Source: Paraspadella gotoi
Taxonomy: Eukaryota > Animalia > Chaetognatha
Direction: 5' to 3'
Assembly: GCA_051294375.1 (NCBI GenBank)
Contig: CM119268.1
Location: 3,251,856-3,315,855 of the forward strand
Length of the DNA: 64,000 bases
Shown: one piece after another, positions 49,391 to 63,900 of the stretch
Numbering within the stretch: position 1 is the stretch's first letter
Layout of the letters: every line of letters begins with the position of its first letter
Notes under the pieces: model-generated
The model's input: the letters and a program-made list of their open reading frames with translations, nothing else
What the model was told of the DNA's origin: nothing
The model's database searches: none
Program-made: the position numbers and the translations under genes

Positions 49391-50364
49391 TGGAGGGAGA
49401 GAGAGAGAGAAAGGAGAGTGAAGAGAGGACCCGGAGAGAGAGAGAGAGAGAGAGAAAGTATGAAAATACCTTCAGTATCATGTATGAAGGAAAAACGAGA
49501 GTACATCGTCCAGGGCGACTGAGTGTCGCGTCGGGTCGACTTCAGATTTTTTGAAAAGTTTATGGAAAGCATTTCTTTCCAAGGCGCTTCTGAAATACTA
49601 CATTATCTATTTAGTATAGTAATAAAACAATAGCTAAAGTCAAAACTCAAAAACAAGCAACGTCCATTCCCCGGCGTCATTTCGTGAAGAAGCAAAAGTG
49701 AATTCGTGAGGCGGAAAATGTGATTTGTGGTCGAGGTGAATGAGGAGTGTCGTCGTTACAGGCGAGACGCTGTGAATGCGAACAGGGTCTACTCACGTCA
49801 CGAAGGGTCTGGGAAAAGAGAAGCTTGTGACTGACTTTAATATAAATTATTAAATTATTAAACGAAAATAAATTTAATCAGGAAAATGAATTTGGGTCTA
49901 GATGTGAATGAGACGCTCACATCGCGACTCACCACTTCCGGTGAAGAAGGCGGTAATATCTATGAAATTGNNNNNNNNNNNNNNNNNNNNNNNNNNNNNN
50001 NNNNNNNNNNNNNNNNNNNNNNNNNNNNNNNNNNNNNNNNNNNNNNNNNNNNNNNNNNNNNNNNNNNNNNNNNNNNNNNNNNNNNNNNNNNNNNNNNNNN
50101 NNNNNNNNNNNNNNNNNNNNNNNNNNNNNNNNNNNNNNNNNNNNNNNNNNNNNNNNNNNNNNNNNNNNNNNNNNNNNNNNNNNNNNNNNNNNNNNNNNNN
50201 NNNNNNNNNNNNNNNNNNNNNNNNNNNNNNNNNNNNNNNNNNNNNNNNNNNNNNNNNNNNNNNNNNNNNNNNNNNNNNNNNNNNNNNNNNNNNNNNNNNN
50301 NNNNNNNNNNNNNNNNNNNNNNNGTTCAGCCTGAGAAATCTCTTTCCTCTCTCTCTCTCTCTCT

Positions 50365-50421
<57 letters not shown>

Positions 50422-52073
50422 TGTCCGCGGTTCCGCTGAGTCGCCTGGCGCGAGGGTAATAGCGACAGATAAAAAGATTCTCTCTCTTCCTCTCTTTCCG
50501 TCTCCTCTTCTCTCTCTTTCTCCACGCCTCACGAACGCCTGGTGACCGTCATGTGAAATTCATGCGTGAAAACTGACGGCACGAGAAAAACACCATTTTC
50601 AAACTGTTTTAACGGACCGACGAGAGAGAGAGAGAGGAGGAGAAGAGAGGGAGAGAGAGAAGGAGAGAGGAGGAGAGAGGAGATAGAAGAGAGAGAGAAG
50701 AGAGATAAAGATAAAAGAAATATCTCCTCGACCTATTGGGAGGAGTTTTTCCCATCATTCCATCTCCACTTTTTTCTTCTTCTTTCTTCTTGTTAATTTT
50801 CAGAGGCATTGGTCGGACGGCCAGATGGAGAGAGAGGCGAAAAGCGAAGAGAGAGAGAGAGAGAGAGACGAGATGAGAGAGGAGAGAGAGGAGAGAGATT
50901 GAAATTGAAAGACAGGAGTGGAGATTGAGATGGAGAGCCTGGGGAAAGAATTGCAGAGGAGAGAGAGATGGAAAACGAGATTCCCTCGCGACATAAGATT
51001 AAGATTCGACCGAACTTTATCGTTTCTTCTTTCTTAATACTTTGACTTTCTCTGTCATAAACAAATTCTATAAATCCAAAAATCTCATTCCTGAACTTAA
51101 AAATGTTCTGGACTGGACATTCTTTTCACGAAATTCATCAATGCTTGAATTTAAAATTTCTCATTTTGACTCCGCTTGAGGAAAATTTTACCTGTAAAAT
51201 TTTTTTGGTTTTTTTTTTTTTATTTATTGGTGTTGAACCAATTTCATTAACAATTATTTCTTCTCTAAAAGTATTTAAAGTACACTCTCCGAACGTAGAA
51301 AGTGTTTTACCTTAAAAAATACAGATTTATGAGCTTTAAAATTTAACAATACGGGCAAACATTGGCGCTTTTCAAAACTACTTTTTTAAAATTCGTCACT
51401 GAGGATTTACAAATTAAGACTTTTAAGCTCCACACTGCAAACTTTTTTTCAAATTCTCCCCAAAAGAAGCTTTTCCATTTGGCTCAGTGCGTTCCGTCCA
51501 AAGTCGAGAACGCGTAATTCCTTCATCGAAGAGATAAAAGATATTTGACTCTCATATCTCTTCTTACTCTTTATCGCAGAGAACCCAACTGTCTCTCTCT
51601 TTTCTGCACAGTTTCTCTTATTTTCTTTGTCTTTTGCACAGTTGATTCCCACAGTATTCTCGCGGACAATTATTATGAAATTGGTACAACCAATATAATT
51701 CCATAATATATATAATATACATATTATTTCAGATCTTGGTTTTTCTCTCTTCTCGACATTTCCAAATCAAGGGGATTTTAAAGTCTCCCTACATTCATTT
51801 AATTTACTTATTAACGTCTTTTTCTCTTTTTTCTTTGCTCACTGTCCTCTGTACATAGATACATAGTTGCATAGTTTCTTACTTTGAATTGATTCTTTTT
51901 CTTTTATTTTCTTTTGCACTTTACCCTCATTATTCTTATAATTCGGGTTTTCTTTCCCTCAGTATCCTTGCTACCCTAACAACCTCACCTCCTTTCCATA
52001 TTTGGAGGATGGGAATTTCTCGCGTTACGCATTCAAATTATTCCATCAGAAACTCACTTCGGTCCTTGTGACG

Positions 52074-52790
52074 GATGGTACCTGCGTCGGCAGCGGTGAA
52101 GATGAACTTGAGACCGGCAGAAATTAAGATGGTCCTTGCGTCGGGAGCAGTGATGATGAAATTGAGACCGGCAGAAACTAAGATGGTCCCTGCGTCGGCA
52201 GCGGTGAAGATGAACTTGAGACCGGCAGAAATTAAGATGGTCCTTGCGTCGGCAGCAGTGATGATGAACTTGAGACCGGCAGAAACTAAGATGGTCCCTG
52301 CATCGGCAGCAGTGAAGATGAACTTGAGAGCGGCAGAAATTTAGATGGTCCCTGCATCGGCAGTAATGACGATGATCTTGAGATCGGCAGAAATTAAGAT
52401 GGTCCCTGTGTCGGCAGCGGTGACGATGAACTTGGGACTCTCAGAAATTTAGATGGTCCCTGCATTGGCAGCAGTGATAATGAACTTGAGACCGGCAGAA
52501 ACTAAGATGGTCCTTGCATCGGCAGCAGAGATAATGAACTTGAGACCGTTAGAAACTAAGATGGTCTCTGCATCGGCAGCAGTGATAATGAACTTGAGAC
52601 CGGCAGAAACTAAGATGGTCCTTGCATCGGCAGCAGTGACGATGGACTTGAGAGCGGCAGAAATGAAGATGGTCCCTGCATTGACAATGGTGAAGGTGAA
52701 CTTAAGACTGGCAGAAATGAAGGTCCTGTGTCGGCAACGGTGACGATGAACTTGAAACCGGCAGAAATGAGGAAAGTCTCTGCGTCGGTT
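52074..52790. repeat. 54-bp minisatellite, ~13 copies
   Basis: Unit ATGGTCCCTGCATCGGCAGCAGTGATGATGAACTTGAGACCGGCAGAAACTAAG; translates as MVPASAAVxMNLRPAExK but with in-frame TAG stops at ~52342 and ~52450. Confidence 0.95.
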
Positions 52791-53423
52791 GTTGAGACAA
52801 AGATAGGACAAGGCGCAATCGGGATTGTTTTCAAAGTCTTCGCTAATGACAAAAAAAGACAAAGTGACAAATTTGTTAAATTGATGATGTAGTAGCTCGA
52901 AAAAAAAGAATTTTTATTAGTTTGCCGATGGTTTCGGTAATATCTCTATCATCGGCTCAGATGGTGGAACCAGGTGATTCTTAATCCGAAGCCAATAAAA
53001 GGGCGAAGCGAAAGCGAATTATTGATAGATTAATAGTGTGGGGATTCCTGGTTTATTATAATTAAATGAGAACATTTTTTCGAGCAGTGCTTAATCTCGA
53101 CTTAATATTAACCCAATATAAATACTAAAATATAAATGTAGACAAGTAACTTTAATAAAAATTCAATATCCACGATCAAAGGAGTCATTTAAAAAACAAA
53201 CAAAAGGTCATGGCTCAACTCAGATAACAAGTTAACAGATAACAAGAACTCTTTAACAAATAAGATTCATCGAATTTATGAATTTATGAAATAATCGCTT
53301 AGACAGCAACACCGCCGATCCGCGCCTCGAAAGTTCCTAAGTTCCAAAGCTGACTTCGGTCACGGATTCCAAGAAGCAAGAAAATGTCGAAACATGAACT
53401 TACCCGGCGAAAGGATATGGGAT

Positions 53424-53464
<41 letters not shown>

Positions 53465-53952
53465 CAACTCACACATATCTTTCTCTGTCTAATTTCCGGC
53501 CAAGAAGTTTCTTCGTCTCGTCTTGTCTCTTGTTTTATCATTTTTAACATGTTTTTTCTAATATTTTTTTTAATCTTGTTTCACTTTAGTTTCTTTGTAT
53601 TCACATTCGGAATCTCACGCTCGAACGAACGAGGGAAGAAAATCCGTCGAAGAAACCCCAGCGAAAGTGATCGCTCACATGTTTTGTGCTGAACCGTCGT
53701 TTTCTTCATCGGTTGTCACAACTTTCTTTGAAACGTGATGATTTTAATGACAATTCGATTTGTCTTCCTCATTCTGTTCTTAATCACAATCTCTGACTCC
53801 TTCTACGCATTCCTCTCTCCTTTCCTCCCTTCCTTTCTTCCCTTCCTTCAATTCATTCTTACCTTCCTTCCTTCTTTCCCCCTTTTTAATTCTTTCCTTT
53901 TTTCATATCCCTCGGACTTACGCATGATTTTTATTTGAGTAGCGAAGGAAGT

Positions 53953-54030
<78 letters not shown>

Positions 54031-54950
54031 TCTCTTCTTCTCTCTCTTTTTCTCTCTTCAGACATCTCTGTCTCATTTTCCTCCCGCTGCTTCTTTTTTT
54101 TTTCTCTTTTCTTTTAAAAAAAGGAAAAGAAAAAAAAAAAAGTCCCGGATGTTCGAGCATCGCCCCAGAGAGCATCGTTTTCAGGATGTAACTGCGCCCG
54201 CGTTAGAAGCGAAGGTGCGGAAGGTGGGGGCCTGGCGCGGGTAAGGCAGGGTGAAAAATGGGGGGAGAAGCCTGCGACGGTGGCTTCCCTCCGGTTCCGG
54301 AGATGGGCAATATTTCATCTCCCGGGTTTTTATTGATCCAAAGACTTTATGAGGTGACTCCGCGGAGCTGGCTGCGCGGCGAGTAGCTGCACGGCAGAGG
54401 CTGCACGGCGTACACAGCGCAGCGGTTCGCTGGGTTCGGCGTGGAGTTCGACGTTCAGGGTGGCAGGAAGATCGTTACTATATTGTTTTGGTGGGAGAGT
54501 TTAGTTGGGAGACGCCTTCAGTATGGTAAGTTAAACAAACGCGGCAGATGAAATGGGTGCGTGTGAGACTGAATAAGTCGGCCTTCCTTGATCGGTTGCA
54601 GCCTGCAGGTCGGCACATTATGGCCGGTAAGTAATTAAAAAGGGTCCAGGTCGTCCTCTCTCGGACGGAAACGTGATGTCTCGGTCTGCCGGACCGTAGC
54701 GGGCGGAGCAGCGAAGCTTCGCCGGGGTCGAACAGAAAAGAGCCTCGTCGAAAGGGTAAGGTTAAAAAATTGTGGTGTGACTCGTTTCGAGTGGGTCGGA
54801 GTGCAAGAGCGTTAATTGGCGGAAGAGTGGCGAGTCGGGAAGCGAAGGTTGGCGCCCCCGGGTCAATTGCTCGTCTACGTCTGTGAAATGGGAGACTTGG
54901 AAAATGGAGGTGGAGGGGGAGGGGGGGATGAGAGAGAGAGGGAGAGAGAG

Positions 54951-54990
<40 letters not shown>

Positions 54991-57900
54991 GGTTTCTTTC
55001 GTTTTAAATGGAAAATTAATTTCAATCGCTTGTACTTTGGGCGTTAAGAATCACGTAAAATCTTGTACGGACAACTTGATTTTCACCAACGAGACCAAAT
55101 AATAATTAATTATTAAATATTATTATTTAACTCGTCATGAGCGTCATAGCAAAGTTTTTCCGATTTCGTGGCCCCGTGGGTCTCGGGGGAGCGGCACATC
55201 GGGCCCACAACTGACCACGGGCCGCTTTCCGCCGCTTGCAGCCGCCGGCGCCACCGCTTGCCGCCCGCTTTACTCTTACCCGCGGATTATCAAACGGTCG
55301 ACCTTCGTAACTTTTTCCGGTCGCAAAGCTGCGAAGGTCCAGTGAGGTTTAAAAGCGATGCTTATTAAAATAATAGCTTAGTTCTTTTAATTTATAAATT
55401 TTAGCATCTGAGCGCCTTTTGCGACTGTTATTGCTTATTAAATTGTTTGAAGAATAAATTCATTTTTTCTTTGAAACTGTATCGTCCACAAATGTTCTGT
55501 TATTTTCTCAAAGTATCTCCCTCGTATATCTTTTCATCTCTATTTAAACCTGATATGTATCGTTCCCAGTCGCCCCCTCTTTTAATCTCCCCTACGCACC
55601 TCCACTCCTCCTCCTGCCCCATCTCCAATCCCTACCCCAAGAAAAAACTTAGGGTCGCCCGCCTCCTCAGACCTAACAGCGGAGGCCGAGTAATCACCTC
55701 CGCGACCATCTCGACGTCGACATCGACGCAACGTCGCTCTTCATCGACAGCGTCCGTTCCGATCGATCGCTGCGCTGCTGTCCGCTGCGGCGCGCGCGGG
55801 TCTCGGCGAAGCATCCGATGGCTGAACAGATCGATCGTCCAAATCCGTCGCCGAAGAAGATGGAAGCGGAATCTCTCTATGGAGAAGTTGGAACCTTTCG
55901 TCCGGACATCAGGCATCTCGAGCGAGCACTGGAACGCCGTCTTCGTCCAGGTACGTTCAACGAAAACTTCGATCAACGTGAACGGTCCTTTATTGGCGTC
56001 TCACCTTTTGCCGACGACGACAGACGTAGACAAATACGGTGAACGTGCATGTGGCGACTTATTTTTCACGATGCCAGTTGACGGTCGTTCATCATGGACT
56101 TCGTCGACGAACTTGTTGGAGGCCTTGACGGAGATTTTCCCGACGAGGAGACAGGCGCCGCGCTGCCCGAAGTGAGACCGCTTCGGCACAGTCCTTCATC
56201 AACAGGAAAACCTTGCTACAGAAACTTGTGAATCCACATTTTTTGACGCGAAATATTCACCTTCAAACACAATGATTGAAACTGTTTGGAACATTGCCTG
56301 TCAAGCCGTCGGTCAATTGCGCTCTGATGGAAGCGAGCGAAGAGGCGAAAAGATCGAGCTTCGTTCTCTGCACCGGCAACAACGCGTTTGATTCCCATCA
56401 ACTTTGCGAAGAAGAACAGTGACACGTTGTCGCACCTGCAGGTGTTCGACTGCAAAATGCACGAGGCCTTTTTTGACGTAGCCCGCGTTTCATTTAGCTC
56501 TGGAGCGCCACCATCGCCGACTCGATCCGAAAACAAAAAGAGCACCCTGGAGATAAGATCATTTTACAACGTGAACGCTAATCATTTGGTTGAGAGAAAT
56601 GAGAAAGGACGAATACTTACGGGGAACGCAGCTCGACTTTCCCGAGGAAAAAACTTCTCTCGATGGACGATCGAAAGGAAGAGATTTCTGGCGTCTGGCA
56701 AAGAATTTCAGCCAATGAGATCCACGACAGAAGTTGGGGGCGAACAACCTATTACCCACACGATTCTATGCCTCTCGGTGCTCGTTACTAACCAGATTCT
56801 TTTCACAGCTATATTCACGATACATGGATTCCGCGCGCGACCGGCTCTCGGGTTCTGTCAGACAAAGGCCACGAGCGAGGGTCACCGGATCGATTTACGA
56901 ATTTACGGCCACTCATCTTCGTCGAAGTGCATTCTTTACGCCTTCAGTACCCCAAGTGACCAGACCGCTTCAGTGGTGACAAGATCGTCTCTAACGGGTC
57001 CAATCCACGTGGGACAGACGGGCACGAGCCTATCTACACTCATTGTGACGAATCAACGGCGACTCCTGTTGGTCCTTGATTTTATTACGACGAATTACGT
57101 GACGAAGGAGACCGCGCGGAGAAGTGCGCGGCTCAACATGAAGAGGAATGCTTGAAGGCGGGTCGTCCAGTGATTTGAATTTATTCATGAATGAAAAGGT
57201 TTAAACATTTTCTTATATGAGGTAATTTATATATACTACATAGAACTGATTATAGCTTTCTAAATACAAATATATCCCAATTATAGCTTCGAGATCTTTG
57301 ATGGTCTTCTACAAAATTTTATTGATGTTTGTCAGATATACCAAGATATTGCATCATATTAGACTTTTTTCTTCCGAGCTGACATTGTTTTTTTTACACG
57401 TTATTATATTTATCACTACTCTCGACCACATTGGTACTTTAAAATATCAACATTTACTTATCACATTTAATTTATCACCTGGTGAGAAATAACCTAACTT
57501 TATTACGTTACTTTGCCACTACCGATACTCACACTTTTTTTAAAGACTTTCCAGCAATTTTTGCTTTTTCTCTCTGGCGACATGACCCGTCCCATTCATT
57601 GCTCCCCAAAACTCTCCAATGTCGCCTTATTCGATTCTCCCTTTATTTCATTTTCAACTTCCTCCCTATTATTCTTCAATCCTGTCCCTCCCCCCATTTA
57701 TTTATTTTCATCTCCTCCGTCGATTCTTTCCTTTTTAAATTTTTTCTATTTTTCTTCTGCCTATTTTGTTATCATTTTTCCTCTTTTTTCCATTTCTNNN
57801 NNNNNNNNNNNNNNNNNNNNNNGGACAGAGCTCGAAAGCGGGCGGTCAAAAAAAAAAAAAAGAAGAATACAGAATCAAAAGAACGAAAAAACAAAAAGAA

Positions 57901-60900
57901 GAAGGTGAGTAAGAGGATAGAGGATGAGAGAGGCGCATCGAATCAAACATACCTGTAGGGAGAAAGAACGCTCCGCCGGTCCGCACCAGCAGACGCTAGC
58001 CGGGCGAAATGGATCCTCACACGACGAATTGACTGAGGCCCAGTGGCACGTTATCCTGCCGGGGCCGTCCGCGCGATCTGGAACACTGCCACGCACCTTA
58101 TTACCGTCACCGGAAGACGTGTGCAAGGACAAAGGTGTGAGGTCGGGGGACAGAGTCGGTAAATAAGGGAGGCTGCTTCAGGTCTGGCTCAAAGCCGGGG
58201 GCAGGAAGGCTTTGAGGCGGGTCCAATCGAAAGACCCTTTACGGCGGGCATATCGGCGCGAAACATTAATGAAAGTGTTGAGAATGTCGATAGTCATTTT
58301 AATCCTCAAAACGAGTCGCGACTTCAGTTAGTTTTGACATTGAAGACAATTGTTGGGCTTATTTTTCTACTAATGATTTTATGAGTTTAAGTATAGGTGT
58401 TTCGCTTTTTAATTTTAGCTGATGTATTTGTCCCTATTTTTTTATGTACGGTCCCGCATTATCCCCCGCAAAGGAGGAAATACAATATCTAATAACGAAA
58501 GCCCAAACAAAAAGGGCTTACCACTCCCACCTGTGGCCAAGAGCCTATCAGAGAGTATTGTCCATTCCATCCGCGAAATATAAAATTGAACCCTTACTAT
58601 CTAATTATAGAGTATAGGAATGACCTCTCCGGAACCAATTATTCTAGTATTTTTCATTCACAGAGTTCGCTAACTCATTTTTTCTTTTATTTCATCGCCG
58701 AGATGCATGTTCTGGATCTCGGGCGGCGTTGCAGCAACGACGAAGGCCTTTTGGCTTGTCGTGCGGAGACGACGTGACTGCCTGTAGCGGCCAAAAACGG
58801 TAAACATCCTCGATGCGCGGCACTGGACGGCCACTCAACTAGACAAGCCTTGGGCAGCGGGGTTCCACGCCCCATCTACCCAGTAGAACAGTTTTTTCGA
58901 TCGTATGAAACATGTCGAAAGTGGAACAAAATGGCATCCATGTTTTAAAAATGTCCTTTGCTTTCATAGGGATTTATACCTATTTTCATCACTTTGCCTT
59001 GCTGGTGTTGCGAGATTATGGATTTATCCCTTAATTTGATTTTGTCACATAATGTCTTTTTAGAGCGTCTACCTCGGTTCATCAAGTCAATCGTGTCTCC
59101 GATTTAAGGTTAACTGAGCTATAGTTATTTTCTACCTTTCGCTTTTTGTAAGTAGCAGTCAACGCAATTTCCGTATTAGGTTCCATCTCCTGTTGATGTA
59201 GATTTATGTTTTAGCATTAGGCCTTTAGTTATTTGATTAAAGCATCTATCGGTCAACCAAGTTTGCTGTTGTCGTGGTCTCCTAGTCTTGGCTGATATCA
59301 GCTCGAGGGGATTGTAATCAATCTGGAATTTTACGTTTTACTCCAGTATAAATCCATTGCGAGGATTTTTAGATTTGCTTCAACTCTACTCCTTTTTACT
59401 GAATAGTGAATGTATTGATAGTCGAGATTAATAAGAATTAATAAAATTAAACATTGCTGTTGTATTCTAAAACATTCTTCACTTTTCTGGTAACGAACAT
59501 GTGGCGGCCAATTATTTACTTTCTACACGCATTCTATACCATTTATTATTCATTTTATATCATCATGAATTAAGCTTTCTGCATTCAGGCTTTGATGATT
59601 TATCTTGATCTGACGGTTCAGTCAGTTTTAGTCATTTCTAGTTGCTTAAACAAGACTGATTGTCGAGGTAAGAGAAATTTTTAATATCCAACTAATTATC
59701 CGACAAAAAAAAATAACAAATCAATAAATCTCATTGGGTATGTGACGTTGAATCCACCGCAGGAAAGGTCCTCCACCGTCCTTTGTAGTTATCCGCTGCG
59801 GAGAGAAGTAGACAGTGTGGTTCGGAGGTCGAAATGAGCCATACGCCTCGCAAACGACCAACCAACCTATTCTGCATACTCAGCATCGAACATAAATCCT
59901 CAATCGCTACTCTTATTATATATATAATAAATGAAATTGAAGAATTTAAGACCAGAACTCTAAGGAGAGTAGGAGCCGAAGACCGGCTCTGTTCACGCCG
60001 CCTGCGCCCGCAGGCTTCCCCGGTAACTGCCGTCCGCTTTCTGACGGGAGAAAAAGAGAAATGTACGGTCGGACAAGGAGGAAGGGTGGTGTTTGCCTGT
60101 ATCAGAGTTGGAGAGTGCCTTCTGGACCGCTGTGTGTATTTTTTTCTTGAGTGCTTGTACATGCACTCTACAATGCTTTGGATCTTTTTGACAGGTAAAT
60201 AATATGTATTTTTTTTTTTACCTCTAGTTTTAATTCATAGTTCTCGATTGTATTTATGATTGTGTGTCGTTTTTATTTTTAGGACGACGTCATGTTATTA
60301 ATGATGTTAATAATAAATTATTTTATTTATTATTTTTTTTTAATTACTATTTCCTTTTTTATCTTTAATACTTAGCCAATACAGTTCGTATAAAATATAT
60401 GTTATTATTCCTCTCGCTTGAATACATATTTCCCCACTTGGCTTCTGCTGCATGTTCGCTCTAATTTCCAAATCGGTCCCTGTCCTGTTTTTGCAAGAAT
60501 ATGAAAATCAATACTAATAAAAAACACGCTGTAATTTGGTGTTGGGCTTTCATTTAGTGTAACATGATATATCAAACATGCTTATTACATAATTATTGTT
60601 GCTGTTCCTTATAATTCTGCTAGGCGGGCTGTTTGTATTATAACTCACCCGTCTTTGTCTGCTTTCATATAATAAATTTCTTTTATTCGGCGTTTGGTTT
60701 GTATTGTTCTGCTGGCTGCTGGACTTGCTTACGTTTCTTTAGTCGTTGTGTAAGTCTCGTGTATGAGATGAATTGGTGTCTCATTTCCCCTCTGATACAA
60801 TCTTGTGTGGCGTAATTGATGATCATTAATTTTACGATCTATTTATGATTTATTTATTCGTACCTTTTCAAATAGTTTTCTCTCGTTTTTTATTAGTGCT

Positions 60901-63900
60901 AGGCATTAATTACCGTTTCTCTCATCGTTATTTTGGCGTTGTTTATTTTTTGGCCGTTTGTTTTTAACTTAAAATACAAGTAGGTAGCTAAAATTAAACA
61001 CACATCTGGGTAAATAAAAGTATATTTCTTTCTGGAGACTTTTTAATTTCTTGTTTAAATTGTTATCAAGATCTTATCGACTGTTTCGTTCATAGTCTCC
61101 CTGATGAGTGAGCAGTGATTTGTTCTATTCAGTGTTTTGAATGTCCTTTCTCTTTTGGTTATGCGGTTCCGGTTTCCACTTGTTTTTATATTTTTTTTTC
61201 GTTTTTTTTTGTTTGTCTCTATATGATCAATTTTTTTTTTTGGTCCCATCTATCGTAACTGTTCTTTGCTCTAACCGAGTTATTCTGCATTGTTAACTGT
61301 ACACTGGTCGTCCTATAAAATCATTACTACCTTTCTGAAAAAACAGTGCAACCTATCAGATAATTTAACAAGGGGATGTAGTTAGCGTGACAGACACTTT
61401 CCACGTAAGATTGCGATCCAAACAACAGTAAGTGTGAATGAGAGGAATTAAATCGCAACGTCCAGGTATGAGATGCCGTGCTGTCACTGATTAGGTAACG
61501 AGAATCATATCAGCGACTGTATCGCGAATTTCGAAAGTAGGTTCCTTTGGTTCGCCTGATTGGTAGAACAGCTTGCGCTTGTGATCACAAGTAAGCGGAA
61601 GATACCATCGGTGCTCCATGTTTATATATGGGGCAGTGGGAACATCAGGACGCAGGTGCACGTATTCATCAATAAAATTGGTCTTGCAATACGGGGAAGT
61701 AGACCGTAGAAGAGGGATGTAGAATGCGACACCGGGATCAAAAAATTTCGATGTTCCAGCGCAAGTTCTGCTAACGTTAGATCTCCACCTTTATCCTATG
61801 GATATCTTTAGCTGAAAAGATATTTGCGGATCCTAGCAACATCGCGCACTTTATGAGAATACATGGAATGGCATTTCGTTTAAGTCCGTTTCGTGGAGGA
61901 CGCCGTGCCCACAGAGGGGGCCACGCCTTCCTTTCCTGGCCGCGACTTTCCCGGCCGATACGACGAAAGGCCCAGGGGCCGCGTTGCGGCCGCGTGCTCG
62001 TCAAAAGTCCGGCCGCCGGTGCGCTCTCAGGTATGAAGGGAGGGAAAGAGGTTGAGATTTAAATCAAAGAACAAGCGTCTCTATTCTTATCAGTTCATTT
62101 ACTTTTTGTTAGATACCTCACTATTCTTGATGTGCGCGATGCGTGGTACTGAGGTTTGGTGCTGGTGAGGATTGGGGGCCAATGGATGAAGAGGACTGTG
62201 GTAGAGAGGGATGGAAGCAGGACGATCCGGAGCACGAAAGCAGACGTGCCTGATCTTTCGAATGACCTCGTCACTGAGATGCTCGGATTGAGAGAATGTC
62301 AGTTAGCTCTCGATTGAGCGCTCGTGATTTCGCCGTCAATGATTATTGCATGACACTCCTTTTGTGAATTGATGTAAAGATCTGATATTAGAATAAAGAT
62401 GTAAATTTAAGAGATGAAGAGAAAGATAAATACATATAGAAAACGAATGAAGAATTTGAGAAAGGTTAATAAAGCTGATTGGCTCGAATTGGAAAAAAAT
62501 CAGGGAAGGGAAGCGATGTGGGAAAAGTAGGGAAAGCAGGGGTAAAACGAAAAACCAGAGAAAAAAGAATAATAAAAGGGCCGGAAGAGGAATGGTTGTC
62601 GCTCTATAGCAAAAGAGAGGTAACCAAACTAAATTGGTAATGCAGGTAGGAAGCAAAGAAGGAGATACTCGTCCGTTTTTGGTATCTGGCAACCACGAGG
62701 TTACCACCCCAAGTCATACAGTCTACGGCATGCCACTATGGCAGCTGGGTCAATTACGAGAGATGTGGACGCTCCTCTCTCTCTTCCGTGTGTTGTTCTC
62801 ATCTCACCATCTATACATCTCCTATTCTCTATCCTTCTTTTTTCTCCTTTTTCTTTGTCTATTTTTTCGTATCTTCGCTTTTTTTTTTTTTTGTTTAGGC
62901 GCTAGATATCACCTGTATACCGTGTCATACTAATTTTAAGTAAAAGGACTGGGCTCGATCCCGTTCTAACTAACCCATCTCTCATTTTTCCCTCGCCTAC
63001 TCTTTTCGCTTTCTTTGTACCCCAATATTTCTACTTAATACACATCCTAAGACAATAATTTTAGCACACACAAACGTTCAAATGGATTCTCTGACTGCAA
63101 GTCAATGTATGAGAGGATCTAGGGAGTGCAGAAAGGTTCAATGATGAGTTTTACATTCTTTGTGGAACATCTATTTTCTCTTCTCTTGCCGGTGGAGCAA
63201 GACATCCTATTACTATTTTTTCGCAATAATCCAAAGAGAGCCCGTCGTGATCTTTGTCTCTTTCCCTCGCAGGTTATGTTGTTTCACACTAATCACAAAG
63301 ATTTCCAGGTTTCAATTACCCGCACATGTCTACCTTTCCTGATAGATAACTCATAGACTCTTGTTCTGAACTTGAAATCTTCCCAATATCACAAAAGCAA
63401 CAACTAAAGGCACTCAAAGCGTATAATTAATAGTTACAAAAAAAGTTTTCCATTCCGAACCTCTTAATTTACGTTGCCCTCTGCGTAGAACTAATCTCGA
63501 TTCAACCTACTTCTAGCATATTTCGCTATATTTTATTCATACTACCTCAAATTATGGAATCTATACTCCTCAAACTCCCTACCAAATATATCTAAAATAT
63601 CTTCAATAAACCATCAAATTTTCTTTATCTCTTTTGCTCACGAACACCTAATACTCATACTAATTCTATACTCTCAATTACCCTCCTCATTTCTATTACA
63701 TCATGCCCTATTCAAGACTACCTGCTTATTTACTCTATAAATCAACTCATCAACCTAAACCCTACTCCATTTCTTCTAGATCTTTCATCAAGAACTCACG
63801 CTCGTTCTATTAATTCGAATATCATATCTATCGACTAAAATTTCTAAATCTCTCTCAAATCATACGCTCTGATGGAATTTACCTAATCTCCGTCACGGAT

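Larger units (their letters stand above)
47510..51285. repeat. Right arm of the large inverted duplication (partner 39440-45860)
   Basis: Shared tags, e.g. CATGGGAACTCGCGCTTCGGACATGTGATGCAATCTTCCAGAC at ~41600 and its reverse complement at ~49075-49117. Confidence 0.9.

Noticed and set aside
52075-52743. ORFs MVPASAAVKMNLRPAEIK... as a repeat protein
   Set aside because: In-frame stops within the array and no non-repetitive coding flanks; kept as a minisatellite.
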